A stretch of 64,000 bases of DNA from the NCBI GenBank assembly GCA_965278995.1, contig OZ257136.1, forward strand, positions 1,491,057 to 1,555,056, given 5' to 3'. The position numbers and the translations under genes were made by a program. The DNA comes from Gammaproteobacteria bacterium. Lineage in GTDB: Bacteria > Pseudomonadota > Gammaproteobacteria > Ga0077536. Shown here piece by piece: positions 28,685-38,402 of this stretch (position 1 is its first letter; each line of letters begins with the position of its first letter). The notes under the pieces are model-generated. The model was not told where the DNA came from and ran no database searches. It saw nothing but the letters and a program-made list of their open reading frames with translations.

Positions 28685-28968
28685 GAGCTCCTCGCTTCAG
28701 TTCTGCAGGCCGGCCCGGTGATGGCGCACGACCTCGGTATATTTTCGTGCGGCCGTCGCGCCGCAGTGGCGGCCGATTGTAACCGAGACGCTGGCCGAGT
28801 CTGCGTACCCAGGCCGGACCGACCGTTGCTGCCGTTCAGGATTAATCGTAGAGTCCTGGCCTATCGCGGAAGCATGCGTGTATTCCGCTCTCGGCGCCTG
28901 ACCGCAGTGCCGGGAGTCGGCGAACAGCCACACTCATTGCAGCGCAGCATCGAAGGGGAGGAGTCTTC

Positions 28969-31209
28969 ATGGCAACGATAGAACGTGAGGTCATTGACCA
29001 GGTTTCGCGCGGGATCGCCGTACCCCGCCCCACGCTGCGCCAGCGCATCGCCGAACGCGATCGGCTGACTGCTGAGACCGGGCACTACTATGGCGTGACC
29101 GAGCTCAGCCTCCGCGACGCCGACCCGATCAAATACGAACGTTTTTACGCCAAGCTGCACAGCGCGGTGCTGGCTGCACGCGAATCCGCGCGCTTCGTTG
29201 CGGCCAGTCCCGGCTCGCGTGAAATGGGCGAGTGCCTGTGGGGGATCGCGACACCGGAAGGCGACACGCTCGCCGTGTCGCTCGGGTTCCTCTCACATAC
29301 CGTGATCTTCCCGGTCTCGGTCCGTTACATGGCCGATCACGACTATGACGTCAATGACGGCATCGACGACGGCGATGTCTACGCAGTCAGTGATGGCCTG
29401 ACCGGCGGTGTGCCGCATCCCGGCGATTTTTATTCGTTCGTGCCGATCTGCATCGACGGCGAGATCGTCGCCTGGGCCGTCGGCATCAATCATCTGATGG
29501 AAAACGGTGCGCCGGTCGCCGGCAGCTGGGCGACGTTCTCGGTCGACACATTCATGGACGGTCTGGTCTGCCCGCCGATGCGCACCGGGCGCAACCTGAA
29601 ACAGGAATCGTGGTGGCGCGCGATCTGGGAGCGCCGGACGCGCGCAGCGACGATGAATATTCTCGACGACAAGATGCGCCTCGCCGGCTGTGCCATGGTA
29701 CATGCCGCGACGCATGCGCTGATCGCCGAATTCGGTCTCGATTATTACAAGCGCGCCATCCGCGAAGTAATCGAGGAATCGCGTCGCATGGTCGTCGACA
29801 ACATGCGCGCGACGATGGTCCCGGGCACCTACAATGGCTGCGCGTTCCGGTTAGTTAAGTACAAGGGCCTGCAGCATGTCTGGTCGCATGCCGACAAGAA
29901 CACGCTCATTCACGTGCGCGGCAGTATAGAACCGAACGAAAAAGGCTTGCTGCTGGATGCCGAAGGCAGCTCAAAATGGGGTTATCACTCGTATAACGCC
30001 ACGCCCGGTGGCACAGATTGCGCGGTGTTTCTCGGCATGATCAATTCGTTCGCGCACAATACCAAAGTGACTGCCGGGATCGATCTCGCGGTACAGCGGC
30101 ATTATCCGAAAGGCAGCATCTACAATCCGGATAACGAATTCACCAGCAACGCCAATCTGTGGGCGCAGACAGTTGCCCTGAACAGCATCGGTTTCGGCGC
30201 CGTGAGTCGCGCGATGTTCTCGCGCGGCTATCTCGAAGAGGCGTTTACCATCGACGGCAACTGGGGCGCTTTCCAGGGTCAGGGCACGACCGACGACGGC
30301 ACCAGTTACGGCTTCACGAATTTCGAATGGCTGGGTGGCACCGGGCGCGGCGCCTGGTGCTATAAAGACGGCGAGCCCCTGGTCTGGGCGGCCTGGTCAC
30401 AGATGGCGACAATTGGCGATGCCGAGGAATTCGAGAGCACCGTACCACCGTTGTTCTATCTCGGGCGCAAGCTGTTACCGGGCTATTTCGGCTACGGCAA
30501 GTATCGCGGTGGGCCCGGCAATTCATCGGTGCACTGGTGCGTGCAGCCCGGTAAGCATGTCGGCCTGACCCGGCCTAACGGCGGCCTGTCGTGCACCCCT
30601 TCCGTTGCGCTCGGCATGTCCGGCGCTTACCCCGGCCCGGGCAGCTTCATGATTTCTGCGCGTGGCACCAACCTCCCCGAATTGATCGCTGACGGCGAAA
30701 CGCCGCGCGATGCCCGCGAATTGCTTGAGATGGTCGATGCTGGACGGCTCACCGTCGAGAACCTGGAGATCTGGAAAACCGACTGCCCGGAGCTGGCGCT
30801 GAAAGATAACGATCTGTTTGTCGATGCAGCCGGTTCATCCGGCGGCTGGGGCGATCCGCTCGACCGCGATCCGGCGTTGGTCATTGCCGATCTCAACGAC
30901 GGCATGTGCCCGCATTACGATTTCGTCAGTGCCATGCACGGGGTCGTCGCCCATTGTGATGCAGACGGACAGTGGCAACTCGATCGGCCGGCAACGGAGA
31001 CCAAACGCGTTGCTCTGCGCCGCGCCCGCCTGGCCGAGTCAGTCACAGTGGAACAGTGGTGGCAGAGCGAGAGAACGCAGGTCGAGGATGGTGCGTTTGT
31101 GCCTGAAGTCCGCGAGATGTATCAGCAGAGTTTGAGCTTCGACAAGTTCCACAATGAGTTTCACGGGTTCTGGCAATTGCCGGCCACTTTCACTTACGGC
31201 GAGGACTGA
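28969..31209 (+). CDS. hydantoinase B/oxoprolinase-family protein, acetone-carboxylase alpha-like subunit
   Basis: 746 aa with HyuB-like core motifs. Strong RBS 'ggggaggag' upstream. Followed by gamma- and beta-like subunits. Confidence 0.65.
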   Translation: MATIEREVIDQVSRGIAVPRPTLRQRIAERDRLTAETGHYYGVTELSLRDADPIKYERFYAKLHSAVLAARESARFVAASPGSREMGECLWGIATPEGDTLAVSLGFLSHTVIFPVSVRYMADHDYDVNDGIDDGDVYAVSDGLTGGVPHPGDFYSFVPICIDGEIVAWAVGINHLMENGAPVAGSWATFSVDTFMDGLVCPPMRTGRNLKQESWWRAIWERRTRAATMNILDDKMRLAGCAMVHAATHALIAEFGLDYYKRAIREVIEESRRMVVDNMRATMVPGTYNGCAFRLVKYKGLQHVWSHADKNTLIHVRGSIEPNEKGLLLDAEGSSKWGYHSYNATPGGTDCAVFLGMINSFAHNTKVTAGIDLAVQRHYPKGSIYNPDNEFTSNANLWAQTVALNSIGFGAVSRAMFSRGYLEEAFTIDGNWGAFQGQGTTDDGTSYGFTNFEWLGGTGRGAWCYKDGEPLVWAAWSQMATIGDAEEFESTVPPLFYLGRKLLPGYFGYGKYRGGPGNSSVHWCVQPGKHVGLTRPNGGLSCTPSVALGMSGAYPGPGSFMISARGTNLPELIADGETPRDARELLEMVDAGRLTVENLEIWKTDCPELALKDNDLFVDAAGSSGGWGDPLDRDPALVIADLNDGMCPHYDFVSAMHGVVAHCDADGQWQLDRPATETKRVALRRARLAESVTVEQWWQSERTQVEDGAFVPEVREMYQQSLSFDKFHNEFHGFWQLPATFTYGED

Positions 31210-31212
31210 GCG

Positions 31213-31788
31213 ATGCCTGACCAGAACGCCGTCAGCCGGGAGCTCATTGCCCAGCTCGTCAACGGCACGATCGATGATGACAACGTGCTCCGCCTGCAGA
31301 AAATGCCGCGCAAGGACAGCGCGCGTTTCTTCAACTACATTGCCGTGCTGCAGGCACGGGTCGCCTGGCCCGAACGCATCCTGCTGCGGCTTGGCGACAA
31401 GCTTTACATCGTGGCCTCAGCCAATGGCGGGCGCGTAACGAAATGTGAATGCGGATTCGATTTCGGCGACTACCGCGAAAACTGGAAATTGCGCTGCCGC
31501 ATCCGCACGCGAAAAACGCTGGCAGCGATGGCCGAAGTCTTCGATCCGGCGCCAGCGGTGCCTGAACCGGGGTGGCAGGAAGTTCGCGAGTTCTTTTGTC
31601 CTGAGTGCGCAACGCAGCACGCCGTAGAGGTCGTTGCACCGGGGTATCCGATAGTCTTCGAGATGCTGCCGGACCTCGATAAATTCTATCGCGAATACCT
31701 GGGACAGCCGCTCAGCGATGAAGCCGACGACTGGTATACCGACCGATCATCGCGCGTCACCGCGCAATGGTCCTCAGGCATAGCGTAA
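31213..31788 (+). CDS. acetone-carboxylase gamma-subunit-like Zn-ribbon protein
   Basis: 'CECGFDFGDY...CRIR' and 'FFCPECATQHAVEVV' Cys clusters. Small protein placed between the HyuB-like and HyuA-like genes. Confidence 0.55.
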   Translation: MPDQNAVSRELIAQLVNGTIDDDNVLRLQKMPRKDSARFFNYIAVLQARVAWPERILLRLGDKLYIVASANGGRVTKCECGFDFGDYRENWKLRCRIRTRKTLAAMAEVFDPAPAVPEPGWQEVREFFCPECATQHAVEVVAPGYPIVFEMLPDLDKFYREYLGQPLSDEADDWYTDRSSRVTAQWSSGIA

Positions 31789-31848
31789 CCAGTCACCGTC
31801 CGTCCATGCCGCGCGAGTGAAGCGCGGCCGTCACAGGGGAGTATCGCC

Positions 31849-34017
31849 ATGAGCATGCCTGCCGCGCATATCGGCGGAGCACGGGAATATATTCTCGCGC
31901 TCGACGCCGGTGGCACCATGACCGACGCCATTCTGGTTAAGCCCGATGGCACCTTCACGGTCGGCAAATCGATCAGCCGGCGCGACGATCAGGCGCGCAG
32001 CTACCGCGATTCCGTTGCCGATGCCGCACAGTCCGTCGGCCTCGACAGCAGGACGGTTCACACCCGGTGCGCGGCCGATATCTATTGCGGCACCGGCATG
32101 CTGAACACCATCCTGACCGGCGAAGGGCGCAAGGTCGGCTTGATTGTCACGCGCGGGTTCGAGGACATCACCGTCATGGAGGGCGGCCTGACTTATCTTG
32201 GACAGAGCCAGGCCGAAGGGCTGCATCAACAGTTGCATCGACATACGCGCCCGCTCGTCGATCGGCGTAACGTCGTCAGCGTCAGCGAGCGCATGGGCGG
32301 TGGCTGCTACCAGGGCAATATTCATCTGCCGGCAGGCCATACGCTCATCCCGGTCAATGAACGGCAAGTCGCAGAAGGCGCGCGCAAACTCCTCGACAGC
32401 GGCTGCGAAGTGATCGGCATACTGTTCCTGTATTCCTTCGTCGACCCGCGCCACGAGCACCAGGCCCGCGATATCGTCGCCGCGCTGGTGCGCGAACGCG
32501 GACTCGAAGTACCGGTAGTCTGTTCGGCTGATGTCGCACCGGTCGCCAAGGAGAACAGTCGCCTGAAGAGTCTGCTGTTCCAATGTTTTGCGGCAGAACA
32601 GGTTCGTGGCTCGCTGCAGGATGTCGAGCGCGAAGCGCAGGCCACCGGTTTCACAGGTCGGCTGCTGACGTTGTTGTCGTATGGCGGTGCCGTGAACATG
32701 GATTACCCGCGCCTCTACGAAACCATGATTTCAGGCCCGATTGGTGGCCTCATCGGCGCTCAGTTCATTGCCCGCGAACTCGGCCTCGACAATATCGTGA
32801 CCGCTGACATGGGCGGCACCAGTTTCGATGTCGGCCTCATCGTCGATGGCCGGCTCGGCATTGCCAAGAGCGCCGACATCGCCGGTCATCGTCTGGCGCT
32901 GCCGATGGTGCAACTCGATTCGGCCGGCAACGGTGCCGGCAGTGTGGTCTGGCTGGACGAATACAAGCGACTGCATGTCGGCCCCGAATCGGCCGGTGCC
33001 GGCGTCGGTGTCTGCCATACGTTCGATCGGCTGACCATCACCGACATCAATGTCGCACTCGGCTATGTCGACCCCGATTATTTTCTCGGCGGCCAGATCC
33101 GTCTCAATCGCGAAGCGGCATTGGCAGCACTGACGACGACCATCGCCGAACCGCTCGGTCTCGATGTCTACGCCGCCGGCGCCGGCGTACTCGGGCTCAT
33201 CAATGCCGAAATGAATGACCTCCTGCGCACCATGGTCGCGGCCAAAGGTTACGACACGCACGATTTCACCATGCTCTACTACGGCGGCGCCGGCCCGGTA
33301 CATATGCATGGCTTCGCCGAAGGGATCGCGTTCAAGGACGTCATCACGATGCCGTGGGCGGCAGGTTTCTCTGCTTTCGGGGCAGCCTGCGCCGAGTACA
33401 TGCATCGCTACGATCGCGGCTCGCGCATACTGATCCCCGCCAACGCGGGCGACGTCGAACTGAGTGCGATTGCAGTGGATATCGATCGTGCCTGGCGCGA
33501 ACTCGAAGACGAAGCGCGACGCGAAATGGCCGCCGAAGGTATCGCACCCGATGACCTGACGTTCCGTTACGGCGTCTCGGCACGCTATATCGGACAAATC
33601 GAAAGTTTCGAAACGGCGCTTGACTCGGGCCTCATGCGTGGCCCCGACGACATCCGCCATCTGGTGGCGGCGTTCGAGGCGATGTACGCCAAGGTCTATC
33701 CCGAAGGTGCCAAGTTCAGCAGCGCCGGCTATTCGCTGTCGGTCGTCAGTCTCGAGGCGATTGCGGCCAAGCCACAACCCCGCTTGCGGCAGCATTCCAT
33801 GAGTGGCGCAATGCCGACGCCTGCGGCCCTGGTCGGAACGCGCGAGGTCTATCACAAGACCGGCTGGGTGCGTTTCAAGGTTTACGAGATGGCCGAATTG
33901 AAGCCGGGCAATCTCATCGTCGGGCCAGCCATCATTCGCGATCCGATGACGACGGTCGTCATCCCGCCGGACCGAAGCATGTGGCTGGATACCTACCAGC
34001 TGCTTCACTATCGTTAA
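31849..34017 (+). CDS. hydantoinase A/oxoprolinase-family protein, acetone-carboxylase beta-like subunit (ATP-binding)
   Basis: 722 aa. 'ILALDAGGTMTDAIL' sugar-kinase/Hsp70-like ATPase start and HyuA motifs. Confidence 0.7.
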   Translation: MSMPAAHIGGAREYILALDAGGTMTDAILVKPDGTFTVGKSISRRDDQARSYRDSVADAAQSVGLDSRTVHTRCAADIYCGTGMLNTILTGEGRKVGLIVTRGFEDITVMEGGLTYLGQSQAEGLHQQLHRHTRPLVDRRNVVSVSERMGGGCYQGNIHLPAGHTLIPVNERQVAEGARKLLDSGCEVIGILFLYSFVDPRHEHQARDIVAALVRERGLEVPVVCSADVAPVAKENSRLKSLLFQCFAAEQVRGSLQDVEREAQATGFTGRLLTLLSYGGAVNMDYPRLYETMISGPIGGLIGAQFIARELGLDNIVTADMGGTSFDVGLIVDGRLGIAKSADIAGHRLALPMVQLDSAGNGAGSVVWLDEYKRLHVGPESAGAGVGVCHTFDRLTITDINVALGYVDPDYFLGGQIRLNREAALAALTTTIAEPLGLDVYAAGAGVLGLINAEMNDLLRTMVAAKGYDTHDFTMLYYGGAGPVHMHGFAEGIAFKDVITMPWAAGFSAFGAACAEYMHRYDRGSRILIPANAGDVELSAIAVDIDRAWRELEDEARREMAAEGIAPDDLTFRYGVSARYIGQIESFETALDSGLMRGPDDIRHLVAAFEAMYAKVYPEGAKFSSAGYSLSVVSLEAIAAKPQPRLRQHSMSGAMPTPAALVGTREVYHKTGWVRFKVYEMAELKPGNLIVGPAIIRDPMTTVVIPPDRSMWLDTYQLLHYR

Positions 34018-34058
34018 TTCAATTTGGCTGACTTCATCTGGCTAGACGGAAACCTGTT

Positions 34059-34919
34059 ATGAAACTGACCACGTTCACCCACGACGGCCGTACGCGCATT
34101 GGAAGAGTCGACGGGGATCATGTCATCGATCTCACTGCAGCGGGATTACCTGGCGACATGATCGCCCTGCTCGATGCTGGCAGCGAGGCGATGCAGCGCG
34201 CGGCACGTGCCAGCGGACCGCAACTCGCGCTATCAGCAGTGACGCTGTGTGCGCCGGTGCTTCGTCCGCCCAAGATCCTGGCCATCGGCTTGAACTACAA
34301 GGATCACATTGCGGAAACGGGGATGGAAACACCGAGCTTCCCGATGTTTTTCAACAAACAATCGACCTCGGCGCATGGCCCGCATGCACCCATTCATCTG
34401 CCACGGGTGTCCGACAAGCTCGACTACGAAGGTGAGCTTGGCTTCGTCATCGGGCGCCGTTGCCGACATGTGCCACGTGAACGCGCGCACGAAGTCATTG
34501 CCGGTTATGTCGTCTGCAACGATGTCAGCGTGCGCGACTGGCAGATGCGCGCACAGACGTTCACGCTTGGCAAATCGTTCGATACGCATTGTCCTTTCGG
34601 CCCCTGGCTGGTGACTGCCGATGAAGTGCCGGACCCGCATGCGCTCGACGTCAAGACCTGGGTCAACGGTGAGCTGCGTCAGGACTCGAACACCAGCCAT
34701 CTCGTGTTCGACTGTTTTGAGCAGATTGCAACGCTGACGGCAGCGTTCACCCTGGAACCGGGTGACCTGGTCCTGACCGGCACACCCAGCGGCGTGGGCA
34801 TCGGTTTCAACCCACGCCGTTTCCTTGCGGTCGGCGACAAGGTCCGAATTTCGATTGGCAATCTCGGCGTGATCGAGAACGAAGTCATTGCCGAACCGGC
34901 CACCACCGACAGGATCTGA
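34059..34919 (+). CDS. fumarylacetoacetate hydrolase (FAH) family protein
   Basis: 'KILAIGLNYKDH' and 'DYEGELGFVIGRRC' FAH-family motifs. Confidence 0.8.
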   Translation: MKLTTFTHDGRTRIGRVDGDHVIDLTAAGLPGDMIALLDAGSEAMQRAARASGPQLALSAVTLCAPVLRPPKILAIGLNYKDHIAETGMETPSFPMFFNKQSTSAHGPHAPIHLPRVSDKLDYEGELGFVIGRRCRHVPRERAHEVIAGYVVCNDVSVRDWQMRAQTFTLGKSFDTHCPFGPWLVTADEVPDPHALDVKTWVNGELRQDSNTSHLVFDCFEQIATLTAAFTLEPGDLVLTGTPSGVGIGFNPRRFLAVGDKVRISIGNLGVIENEVIAEPATTDRI

Positions 34920-34922
34920 ACG

Positions 34923-35900
34923 ATGCACGCCTGGCAATACGCGCGTAACGGCCACTATGCCGACGTTCTCGAATGGGGCGAACGCTCGATGCCGGAACCC
35001 GGACCCGGCCAGGCGGTGATCCGCACTGCCGCGGTATCGCTCAATTTTCCCGATCTGCTGTTATGCCAGGGGCAATATCAGAACCGCGCCACGCTACCCG
35101 GCGTGCCGGGCGTCGAAGGCGTCGGTACCGTCGTAGCTGTCGGCCCTGGCTCGTCCTTGCGCGTAGGCGAGCGCGCTGTCGGCTTTGTCCATGCAGGCGG
35201 CACGCTGGCTGATTGTTTTCTGGTCGAGGAAGGTTCGGCGTGGCCGGTGCCGGCACACGTCAGCGACAGCCAGGCGGCGGCACTGAGTGTGACTTACGGC
35301 ACCTCGTATTTCGCGCTGGTGCATCGCGCCCACCTACAGACCGGTGAAGTGCTGCTGGTGCTCGGGGCATCGGGTGGAGTCGGACTGGCGGCAGTGCAAT
35401 TAGGTAAGGTTTTCGGGGCCGAAGTGATCGCTGCGGCCGGCAGCGCAGAAAAGCTCGCGGTGTGTCGCCAGGCTGGCGCCGATCACGTCATCAACTATCG
35501 CGACGAGGACATCGTCGAACGGGTCAAGGCGATCACGGGCGGACGTGGCGCCGATGTCATTTACGACCCGGTCGGTGGCGACCTGTTCGACCAAGTCAAA
35601 CGCTGCATCGCCTGGGAAGGCCGCATTCTCATCATCGGCTTTGCCGGTGGGCGCATCCCGACCATCGAATGCAATCGCATGCTGCTGAAGAACATGGCAG
35701 TGATAGGACTGGCTTGGGGCCAGTATCTCGAACGCGACCCGGCACGCGCAGCGCGCTGTCAGGCACATCTCTACGATTTGTTGCGCTGCAGTGCGATTGA
35801 TCCAGTGATCTTTCGCCGCCTTCCGTTCGCCGAACTGAAGCACGGTCTGCACTTGATTGAGGGTCGCGAAGTCTACGGTAAGGTCGTCATCGAGCGATGA
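34923..35900 (+). CDS. NADPH:quinone oxidoreductase (MDR family)
   Basis: 'EPGPGQAVIRTAAVSLNFPD' and 'GASGGVGLAAVQLGKVFGAEVIA'. Confidence 0.8.
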   Translation: MHAWQYARNGHYADVLEWGERSMPEPGPGQAVIRTAAVSLNFPDLLLCQGQYQNRATLPGVPGVEGVGTVVAVGPGSSLRVGERAVGFVHAGGTLADCFLVEEGSAWPVPAHVSDSQAAALSVTYGTSYFALVHRAHLQTGEVLLVLGASGGVGLAAVQLGKVFGAEVIAAAGSAEKLAVCRQAGADHVINYRDEDIVERVKAITGGRGADVIYDPVGGDLFDQVKRCIAWEGRILIIGFAGGRIPTIECNRMLLKNMAVIGLAWGQYLERDPARAARCQAHLYDLLRCSAIDPVIFRRLPFAELKHGLHLIEGREVYGKVVIER

Positions 35901-36290
35901 TGCGCGCGCGAAGAATAGTGCTGTTTTCACCGGGTGCGACGCATTATTTTTGCGCTGCAGTAATTTCAGTGCTGGCGTTGCGGCCGGCAACTGCTGCGTC
36001 TATGATGAATTGCGAGTGACGCCAGGTAGCAATGTTTACCCATGTTTGATTTCATTTCCAGGCACGCGACCTCCGTGCCTGTGTCGTGCCGCCGATGATC
36101 TCGAGCCGTGCCTTGTCTGCGAGCGGCCGGTATGTCGTATCGACTTCGAGTTCCTGCGGTCAGGCGGCTATTGCCCCGACGAATGACGATTTCTCAACCT
36201 TCCTTTTCATCCCGACTTCCGCCCTGGTGCCGTCAGGCGGGCGTTTTGGTGCATACCCTGGACGGCGCATTTGAAGAGGCAATCAGTTTC

Positions 36291-36551
36291 ATGGACATTT
36301 ATGTGGGTAACCTGTCTTACGACATCACCGTAGACGAACTGCGCGAAGCATTCGAACAGCATGGCGAAGTCACCAGCGCCAAAATTGTGACCGATAGAGA
36401 TACCGGCCGCTCGAAAGGCTTCGGCTTTGTCGAGATGCCGAACAAGGCCGAAGGCGCGGCAGCGATTGCCGAACTCAACGGCGCGATGTTGAAAGGGCGT
36501 ACAGCGAGGGTCAACGAGGCGCGCGCGCGCGAAGAACGACCGCGCCGCTGA
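36291..36551 (+). CDS. RRM-domain RNA-binding protein
   Basis: Start trimmed to 'MDIYVGNLSYD' (RNP2). RNP1 'KGFGFVEM'. Gly/Arg-poor basic tail. RBS 'gaagagg'. Confidence 0.8.
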   Translation: MDIYVGNLSYDITVDELREAFEQHGEVTSAKIVTDRDTGRSKGFGFVEMPNKAEGAAAIAELNGAMLKGRTARVNEARAREERPRR

Positions 36552-36604
36552 CGGCCTACCGGCAAAGCGTCAGGCTAAGACGTCGCTGGTATTGGAAGGG
36601 GGGA

Positions 36605-36626
36605 GCCCGCCGCAAAGGCGGCGGAC
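36605..36626. terminator. GC-rich hairpin (7-bp stem ccgccgc/gcggcgg, loop aaag) between convergent genes
   Basis: Seen in sequence. There is no U-tract, so intrinsic-terminator function is uncertain. Confidence 0.3.
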
Positions 36627-36643
36627 ACTCAGGACCAGGGCCC

Positions 36644-37570
36644 TTAGCGGTCCTCTATCTCGCGTTTGACCTCATCGAGCACGATGCGGGTCTGCTCGTG
36701 GATATCGGCTTCGCCATTGGCCAGCGGAAACAGCACGAACTTGGACGCGCCAACCGCGACATATTCGCGCAGCCGCGCGATCAGGTCAGCCGGGCTGCCG
36801 ATGCAGAACAGCGGATTCACGTCGATATTCTCACCGATGCCGGTGCGCTTGACGAACGGTGAATTACGCACTGCGTCATCGTCAGGGCTGCCGATTCGAT
36901 AGGCGAGCGACGTTCCGTAATGATCATCGTCGATACGCCGCCCGAGGCGCGTTGATTCCGCCCGTATCCCTTCGATTGTGGTCTTGACGTCGGCCGGGCT
37001 GGCGATGCCGCCAATCCAGCCAGTGCCGTATTTCGCTGTTCGCTTGACCGCGGCATCGCTCGTGCCGCCAATCCACAGCGGCAACGGTTGCTGCACGGGT
37101 CGCGGCGCAATCGTGGCGTTGCGATACTGGAAAAAGCGACCCTCGAAGGTCACCGATTCCTCGCTCCACAACCGTGCCATGAGTTCGAACATCTCGTTCG
37201 CAATCGAACCACGATGATCGGCGCTGCGACCACTGGCCGCCCACTCGGCCGCCTGCGGATAGCCGACGCCGAACATCGGCAGTAAACGGCCGTTGCTGAG
37301 GTAATCGATCGTCGCGCATTGCTTGGCGAGCACCAGAGGATCACGCAGCGGGGCAACGATGGCATTCATGCCGAACTTGATTCTCTCGGTGCAGCCAGCC
37401 AGCGCAGCAAGCGTGGCGAGCGACTCGAGATAAGGATCGGTCGAAATCAGACGATCGGACTGCCACACGGAATCGACACGATTGCGCTCGAGCATATCGA
37501 CCCAGCGAAAAAATCCGCGGCCGTCTTCGAAAGGATAATTCAACAGGCCGAAGCCGATACGAATACTCAC
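36644..37570 (-). CDS. LLM family oxidoreductase
   Basis: 'MSIRIGFGLLNYPFED...VDSVWQSDRL' LLM signature. Confidence 0.65.
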   Translation of the reverse strand: MSIRIGFGLLNYPFEDGRGFFRWVDMLERNRVDSVWQSDRLISTDPYLESLATLAALAGCTERIKFGMNAIVAPLRDPLVLAKQCATIDYLSNGRLLPMFGVGYPQAAEWAASGRSADHRGSIANEMFELMARLWSEESVTFEGRFFQYRNATIAPRPVQQPLPLWIGGTSDAAVKRTAKYGTGWIGGIASPADVKTTIEGIRAESTRLGRRIDDDHYGTSLAYRIGSPDDDAVRNSPFVKRTGIGENIDVNPLFCIGSPADLIARLREYVAVGASKFVLFPLANGEADIHEQTRIVLDEVKREIEDR

Positions 37571-37572
37571 AC

Positions 37573-38337
37573 TTACAGCTCCATCGGAAGTTTGAAATAC
37601 TGCTGCATCATGTGGTCGCGGTGCTTGATCAGTAACGGTGACAATGCTGCCCTTACTGCTGGCGCAAGCGTTTCCAACATCACGCGGAAACCGGGGTCGA
37701 CCGCCATCTGCGCTGGCGGCAGGATGTCGAACAGATTGCAGAACGCTGCCCAGTAGAAATCCAGCGCAGTCGGCGTCGTACCGACAAAGTAACGGCGTCC
37801 ACGTGCACGTTGTTCCGACAACACGGCATCCAGCAACGTCAGACTCGTTATCTGGCGTGCCTCGGCAGTGGCTACATCGCTTTCGTTGTAGCGATACTTG
37901 CGCGCCATGTTCAACACCATTTCAGGCGGATTGCCGCTCTGCATGGCCGGCTGAAACAGGCTCAGCCGACGGTTCCAGCCGAGTCCGAGTTCACCGCAGA
38001 TCTCCTGGGCAAGCCCGAGCAAGCGGACGCGGTCGACGATGTCCTCCGGCACCAATGGGCGCTGCGGCGCGAGGCGTTCAAGCAGAAACAGGATGTCGTC
38101 CCAGCGCGAGATCGGACGCTCATCATTCCAGGCCACGACAGGACCGCTGTTGACACCGGCCCAGGCAACCAACGCCTCGTTGGCGCCGCCCATGATCTGC
38201 GCCGCCGCCACATAGTCCAGGCGCTTGTATTCGATCATCGCCTTGGCCGCCTGCCCCCACGGGCTTGGCGTGCCGGCGACGACAACCAGGCGCAGTCCGT
38301 TGCGTGTAATGGCTTCTTCGACCGTGATGTAGTTCAT
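37573..38337 (-). CDS. glutathione S-transferase-like protein
   Basis: Thioredoxin-like N-terminus with 'GTPSPWGQAAKAMIEYK', then a helical C-domain. Weak call. Confidence 0.45.
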   Translation of the reverse strand: MNYITVEEAITRNGLRLVVVAGTPSPWGQAAKAMIEYKRLDYVAAAQIMGGANEALVAWAGVNSGPVVAWNDERPISRWDDILFLLERLAPQRPLVPEDIVDRVRLLGLAQEICGELGLGWNRRLSLFQPAMQSGNPPEMVLNMARKYRYNESDVATAEARQITSLTLLDAVLSEQRARGRRYFVGTTPTALDFYWAAFCNLFDILPPAQMAVDPGFRVMLETLAPAVRAALSPLLIKHRDHMMQQYFKLPMEL

Positions 38338-38402
38338 GACGTGGTTCTCCGATGACGTTATGGTCTTCGATCAGGTCGGTCTATACCAGTCGGGACGGAC
38401 GG

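Noticed and set aside
32731-34008. 425-aa minus-strand ORF antisense to the HyuA-like gene (also 31831..32583, 34233..34955, 27938..28981, 9981..10763)
   Set aside because: Antisense GC-frame ORFs without recognisable domains. The sense genes have strong family signatures.
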